A stretch of 64,000 bases of DNA. Origin: an uncultured bacterium. GTDB taxonomy: Bacteria; Margulisbacteria; WOR-1; CAVSGV01. A program made the position numbers and the translations under genes. The notes beneath the pieces were generated by a model, which searched no databases, was not told where the DNA came from, and was given only the letters and a program-made list of their open reading frames with translations. Every line of letters begins with the position of its first letter. The stretch's first letter is position 1. This document shows positions 57,096-64,000 of the stretch, piece by piece. The stretch is taken from assembly GCA_963768305.1 (NCBI GenBank), contig CAVYHE010000006.1:37286-101285 (forward strand), given 5' to 3'.

Positions 57096-59521
57096 ATGAA
57101 GAAATATGCGATTTTTTTATTGATCATTACCGTTTTCAGCGCAGCTGCATACTCAGAGACCATCCAGGAATCCTTAATGAAAGATACCAACTTCGTGCGG
57201 CAGGCGGGGATGGGCGGCGCCGCTACCGCCGTAAGCGATGACTTGAGTTCGGTCTTCTATAATCCCGCAGGTCTGGCCAATGCCGGGAACCTTGGATTCT
57301 CGTTCGGCACCATCGACACCAACAAGGAGATCTGGGACGAAAACCATTACTACTGCGCGAATCTCGGCTCATTCGCATACATGGGATATGACAAACAGAT
57401 ATCGGCGGGAGCGAAGATAAAAGCCGATACTTTCGGGATAGGCGCGCGGACAGGAATGGGGATAAGCTACGGCGATCACATATAAGAACATATTCATCGA
57501 TTCTGTCACAAAGGAAGCGCGGGGATACAGCGCGGATGTCGGCTTCCTTTTAAAGGTTACTCCGGATCTCACGTTGGGGGTCTTAGGTCAGGATGCTTTA
57601 TCTGACAAGGATCTTGATATTCCTGCCAGCACGAGGGTCGGCGCTGCTTACAGGGCTTTTGATGACCGGCTGCTTTTCGCGGCTGACTCTGAAATTGGAA
57701 GGGGCGACACGGGCAATTTCTCCCATTACGGAGTGGAATGGACCGTGGCCGACGGCTTAAAATTAAGGACGGGCATAGATGAAGGCAACACGACTTACGG
57801 GATGAGTTTGGACCTGCCGTTCATGCGGGTCCATTACGCCGGCCAATTGAATAAGGACGCGCCTGACGGCACAGTCCAGATGATCGGCGGAGAGATAAGC
57901 TTTTTTGAAGGCCCAACAGGCCGATGTCCGTGATAAGGCCGAAGGAATACGCGCTTGTGGAGATCGGCGGCGGCTATAGTCGGAGGGATGGGGGACTTCA
58001 GCATTTTCGGCGGAGGGAAGATCGGCGCCGATTCCATAATCGAACACATAAAACAGGCGACGGATGATCCTTACATCGACGGGATAATCTTGAGGATAAA
58101 AGGTTTTGACGGCGGGATGGGATCTTTTGCCATCGTCCAGGAGATAAGGAGCGAGCTGTTAAGATCAAAGGCAAAAGGCAAAAAGATAGTCGCGTACCTG
58201 GAGGAGGGGACCCTGGGCGACGAATATTATCTTGCGTCCGTCGCGGACAAAGTGGTGGCGCCTCCGGCCGGGAACGGTGGGCGGCATCGGCAAATCGATC
58301 AACATCATGAAGATACAGGGGCTGCTTGAAAAGATAGGCGTACAGACGCAGATGATATCAAAAGGCAAATACAAGACATCTTTTAATATGTATGCTTCCG
58401 GGCTTACAAAAGACCAGAGGATAATGATAGAAGGGATCCTTGCCGACCTTTACAGGCAGATGGTCATTGATATTTCGGATCTCAAGGAAAGGCAAGATAA
58501 CGCTGGAAAAATTGAAGGATATTTCTGACGGGAGCATATTTTCGGCGGACAAAGCGAAAGAGCTGGGCCTGATAGACGAAGTCGGATATTTCCAGGATGC
58601 GATGAAGACGGCGGGAGATCTTTTTGATTCAAAAGAGGAGATAAGGGTCGTTGAAAGAAAAGACCTTTTCGAAGAAGATAACGACAGATTATCTGCTGGC
58701 GTTCCCGAACAAGGTCGCGGTCATCGAGATAGACGGCGATATTGTCACGGGAAATTCGGGCCAGAACGTTATTTTCGGCGGGCACGCCACCGGCGCGGAT
58801 GCCATATGCGACCAGATAAAAAAAGCGGCGGACGACTGGCAGGTGAAGGCGATACTGGTCAGGATAAACAGCGGCGGCGGCTCCGCGGTGGCGTCCGGCC
58901 AGATATACTCGGAACTGCTGAGGGCGAAGAAGAAAGGAAAAGATCGTTGTCGCTTCCATGGGCGACGTCGCCGCGTCAGGCGGATATTACATCGCGGCGG
59001 CGGCGGACAAGATAGTTGCCGACCCGGGGACCATAACCGGAAGCATAGGCGTTATCGAGACGGGTGTTTTCAATTATTCCGGGCTCCTGAAAATGCTGGG
59101 AATAACGGCGGAAAGCATTTCGGAAGGGAAGCATTCCGACATGTTCTCGGGACTGAGGAAACTTTCCACCGAAGAGGTTAGTTCGATAAATGCCTACCTT
59201 GACGATACTTACAAGGAATTCGTGAGGGTAGTGGCTGACGGAAGAAAAATGACCACGGACGAAGCTTCAACACTGGCGGAGGGAAAGGTTTACACGGGGC
59301 AATCAGGCTCTGGACCTGAAGCTGGTGGACAAGACTCGGCAATTTCACGCGATTCCGTGGACATTGCGGCGGAGATGGCGAAGATATCCGGAGAGCCGAA
59401 ACTGATATATTACAGGGAGAATAATTTCCTGTTCCAGCTCGGCGGCGGAGCGGTGAAAATGCTGGGGCTGGGCAACGGGATATTCCCGGACCAGGGCGGG
59501 CTGGTGGAATACAAGCTTTAG
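57096..59521 (+). CDS. sppA: Signal peptide peptidase SppA (tandem S49 domains) with an N-terminal beta-barrel-like domain; fragmented by indels
   Basis: GMGGAATAVSDD...YNPAGL, then YYLASVAD, KGKYK, RINSGGGS, AASGGYYIA, TGSIGV. Confidence 0.8.
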
Positions 59522-59797
59522 CGCGCTTCGGAATTTCCGCGAAGAAATGACCACGTAATTCATCTTTTCCGGATAGATCATGTTCAGTTTGCCTTTGGCT
59601 AATTTTTCGATCCTGGGAAGCGCTTCCTCTTTTGCCACAAGGTAATTCAAGTATCTGTTCTCGGGGCTGGATGGCGTCCAGCTGCTGTTTCAGTTCCGAG
59701 ATCTCATAGCTTGTTTTTATGCTTTCTGTCGAGATCGCCAGATGCACCGCGGAAAGCAGGACAAAGATCAGTAATATAGCGAATGCTCTTAATATCC

Positions 59798-59801
<4 letters not shown>
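59517..59801 (-). CDS. ftsL: FtsL-like cell division protein (indel; 3' end approximate)
   Basis: TM plus coiled coil plus RIEKLAKGKLNMIYP; directly downstream of rsmH. Confidence 0.7.
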
Positions 59802-60729
<928 letters not shown>

Positions 60730-60733
<4 letters not shown>

Positions 60734-60927
60734 TTCTTCAGCTTGTTGCCGATTTCAGTTAATTTCTGATAGATAAGGTACAGAAGGATAGGCGCGCTGA
60801 ACCACATGATAAGGACAGAGGCGAAAAGCAATATCATTATCAGCCCGAAGATGCCGGTGAATAACACTCCCAGATGTCCCATAGGGCCGGTATTATGGAA
60901 TATTTGCCGGAAAAATGCAAACCTCAC
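60730..60927 (-). CDS. Small membrane protein
   Basis: Hydrophobic 65-aa ORF; ATGA overlap with rsmH. Confidence 0.55.
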
Positions 60928-60981
60928 TTCCTTGAGGTCTCATTGCGCGGGATATCAAAAAACGATATAATTGCCTGTTAA

Positions 60982-62749
60982 ATGAAAACATATTTCCGCT
61001 TGCTTAAATATGCCCGGCCATATTTCGGACTCCTTTTGGCCGGCTTTATATGCTCCACGGTCCTTTCTTCCGTGAATGTCGCGGTCATCCCCATAGTCGG
61101 GAAACTTTCCGAGGCGATAGGGAAGGGAAGCTTTACCCAGCTGAACTTGTTCGTGGCGGCGGCCATCGGGCTGTATTTTTTGAAAGGCGTTTTTTCTTTC
61201 GGCCAGATATATTTCGTTTCCCACGTGAACCAGAACATCATAAGGGACCTGCGCGTCCAGATATTCGAGCACCTGCAGAACCTGTCGCTGGATTTTTATT
61301 CAAAGACAAGGACAGGGGATATCATCACCATAATAATGAACGACATAAACATGATGCAGAATGTCATAGTTTCCTCTTTTACCTCGATAATCCCGAACAT
61401 AATGACGATACTTGGCGTCGGCGGATATCTTTTTTACCTCAACTGGCGGCTTGCGCTGGTATCCATCCTCATGATGCCGCTGATCACTATGATATCAACC
61501 AGGTTCGGGCGCGAGATAGAGGAAATCGCCACCCAGACGCAGGAAAAAATGTCCGATCTTGCTTCCGTCGTCCACGAGGTGGTGACGGGCGCGAAGGTCG
61601 TGAAATCGTTCACGATGGAAAAAGAGGAGATAAAAAGGTTCAGCAATGTCACGGATTTTGCCAGGAAGATAGCTCTTCAGGCGACCGCGATAAACGCCAT
61701 ACAGACGCCGCTGTTCAGTTTTATCCAGGCGATAGCGGCGGTCATAGTGATATGGTTCGGCGGATACGAGATAGTATCCCACCGCATTTCTCCCGAGCAA
61801 TCTTATCGCATTTCTTTACCGGGGTCCTTATGCTTGGCGATCCCATCGGCGGCATAAGCGGGATGAACGTTTCCATCCAGATAGCGCTTGTATCCGCGAA
61901 AAGGGTTTTCAGCGTTCTCGACACGCATCCGACGATAAAAGACTGCCCCTTCGGCAAAGGATATCCAGAATGTTCAGGGAGAAGTGATATTCAAAGAAGT
62001 TTCATTTAAATATGAATCCAATGACAATATGGTCCTTAAAGAATATCAATATATCGTGCAAGGCCGGAGAGGTTATTGCGATAGTCGGCCATTCCGGCGC
62101 GGGAAAGAGCACGCTTGTCAGCTTATCCCCAGATTTTACGATCCTTTCAAGGGAGAGATACTTCTGGACGGAAAGAACCTGAAGGAATATAAGATCATGT
62201 CATACAGGAAATTCATCGGCATTGTTCCTCAGGAAACCTTGTTATTTTCCGGGACGATAAAGGACAATATCGCTTACGGCAGGATGAACGCGACGGATAA
62301 AGAGATCGAGCGAAGTGGCGCAAATGGCGAACGCGCACGATTTCATAATGTCGTTCCCGGAAAAATATAACACTCTCATAGGCGAAAAAGGCGTAAGGTT
62401 GTCCGGCGGAGAGCGCCAGCGCGTGGCGATAGCCAGGGCTTTCTTGAGGGATCCGAAGATATTGATACTGGATGAAGCGACATCTTCTCTTGATTCCGAA
62501 TCCGAGCATCTTGTGCAGGATGCGCTTGAAAAGCTGATGAAAGGCAGGACGACTTTTGTCATCGCCCACAGGCTATCCACCGTAAGATTTGCGAACAGGA
62601 TAGTGGTCCTTGATAAGGGCGTGATAGTGGAAGAAGGGACTCATGAGGAATTGATAAATAAAGAAGGCGGAACATATAAAAGACTTTATGACATGCAGCT
62701 GGGGAAATCCGAGTTAGAGGACACGGCACCGCGGCTAGCCGTTGTGTAG
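60982..62749 (+). CDS. ABC exporter, MsbA-like TMD-NBD fusion (indels)
   Basis: TM domain; Walker A near 62085; [24 protein letters not shown]. Confidence 0.92.
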
Positions 62750-63149
62750 TTTACATTTCCAAAATATTATGGATTTAACTGAGTTACTTTATCTTGTAGT
62801 AGGCACTAGGTAATTGATTCACATTGAGAAAAATGCATTTGCTGAACAATTAATTATATTCGTTGATCTAGAAAATCTACATGGTTCTAACAAGATAAAA
62901 ATATAAGTAGTTTTATCGAGGATAAAGAGCTATGTGTGTCAGGTCGACGGAGAAGAGATCCCAATTTTGCATATAAAGGAGATTTTGGTCAAATCGATAG
63001 CAGGTTAATCCGGAATATGATTATGTTAGAGCAATATTGTATTTCATTGGCTTGATCTTAAGCCTATTGTTGTATTTGCATTTTGATCATTTTGTTGCTT
63101 TACTGTCAGGATCAGGCAAATTCTTTAGTTAGGATATATCAATAAGAAA

Positions 63150-64000
63150 GTGGGACTTTAAAATTAATTTTAAAACTTATGAAGGTATTATTGAACGATT
63201 CAATGATTTCTTGAGTAGAAATATTTTTATTTATTTCTTTCCAAGCATAGTCATGGCGGTCACATGCCTGTTTTTTGTAAAACATTTTGCTGTCAACTCC
63301 CCGTTTTGGGATGATTGGATGTATATATCACAATTATGCAAAATAAAAAACGGAACATTCGGGATTGCTGACCTTTTCAAACTGCACAATGAACATAGGC
63401 TTGTTATCTCAAAAATTATTTTTATTTTCAACTATTTTATTAAGCCGTGGAGCTTAGTTAACATATTGTATTTAAATGTTCTTTTCGTTTTATTGTCTAC
63501 ATTCATCATTCTGTGTATTGCGCAGCGCATGGGCGGGATGAATTGGTTCATAGCAATATTTGTACCGGCAGTTATGTTTTCTTTTGTCCAGTACGCTGAT
63601 TTTCTTTGCATACAGAACATTCAGCATTCGCTGGCAACCATGTTCTTTTTATCGGGACTTTTATCTTTTGTTTTGATTAAGCGTATATATCTTAAGATGG
63701 GCTTTTGTTTTATTTTTTGTCTCATGTCTGCTTATTCGGGCGGGAATGGACTGCTTTCATTTATAATATTAATCCCCTTATTTTTCACTTTAAAAACAAA
63801 CAATAATGTGACACTTAAGCTTAATGCCAAACTATTTAATACATTTATATGGATTGTCTTGTCTTCGCTTGCTTTTATTTCATATTTTGTTGGTTATTAT
63901 ATACCCTCGTATCACTCTGGTATTTCATTTAACTTAATTGGTAAAGCTAGGTTTTTATTTGAATTTATCGGCAGTCCTTTTCAATACTTAATAAATGGAG
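63150..64000 (+). CDS. Polytopic membrane protein, GT-C-like, runs off the window (start approximate)
   Basis: Open frame-1 translation: NSPFWDDW...LFKLHNEHRL...SGGNG with multiple TM segments; AT-rich. Confidence 0.65.

Noticed and set aside
62871..62898. Possible further copy of the sigma28-like motif
   Set aside because: Poor match and spacing, and no convincing downstream ORF

Overview
64 kb of a diderm bacterial chromosome, mostly housekeeping genes. The cyanobacteria-like ATP synthase c subunit, 4-domain S1 protein and tagO-wecB-atp-murA gene order fit a Terrabacteria lineage such as Saganbacteria/Margulisbacteria (inference only). Single-base indels break many conserved genes (murA, pyrG, pyrE/F, trpA, rsmH), so I treat frameshifts as probable long-read errors. 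Order: autotransporter end; nitroreductase; glycan-modification cluster; tRNA-Glu(CUC) split by a 5.5-kb serine-integrase element (8050-13582); tagO/wecB; atp operon; murA-ybeY-dgkA-CNNM-pyrG; 824-aa orphan; phoBR-porin-pstSCAB-phoU; a 7.3-kb accessory block with RND/TolC; clpC; trpBA; pyrFE; rpsA; pcm; speB; gltX; beta-barrel-SppA fusion; ftsL-rsmH; ABC exporter. Main findings: (1) the element's crossover (TTAG) lies inside its own integrase gene and inside the tRNA acceptor stem, so integration swaps the integrase C-terminus and breaks the tRNA; (2) a fixed-spacing TGAAATTTT-N11-xxCGATAA (sigma28-like) motif precedes three unrelated orphan genes; (3) a displaced, diverged copy of a phoU/clpC 3'-end junction sits at 30.55 kb; (4) a heptamer-repeat hairpin separates the atpF Shine-Dalgarno from its start codon.
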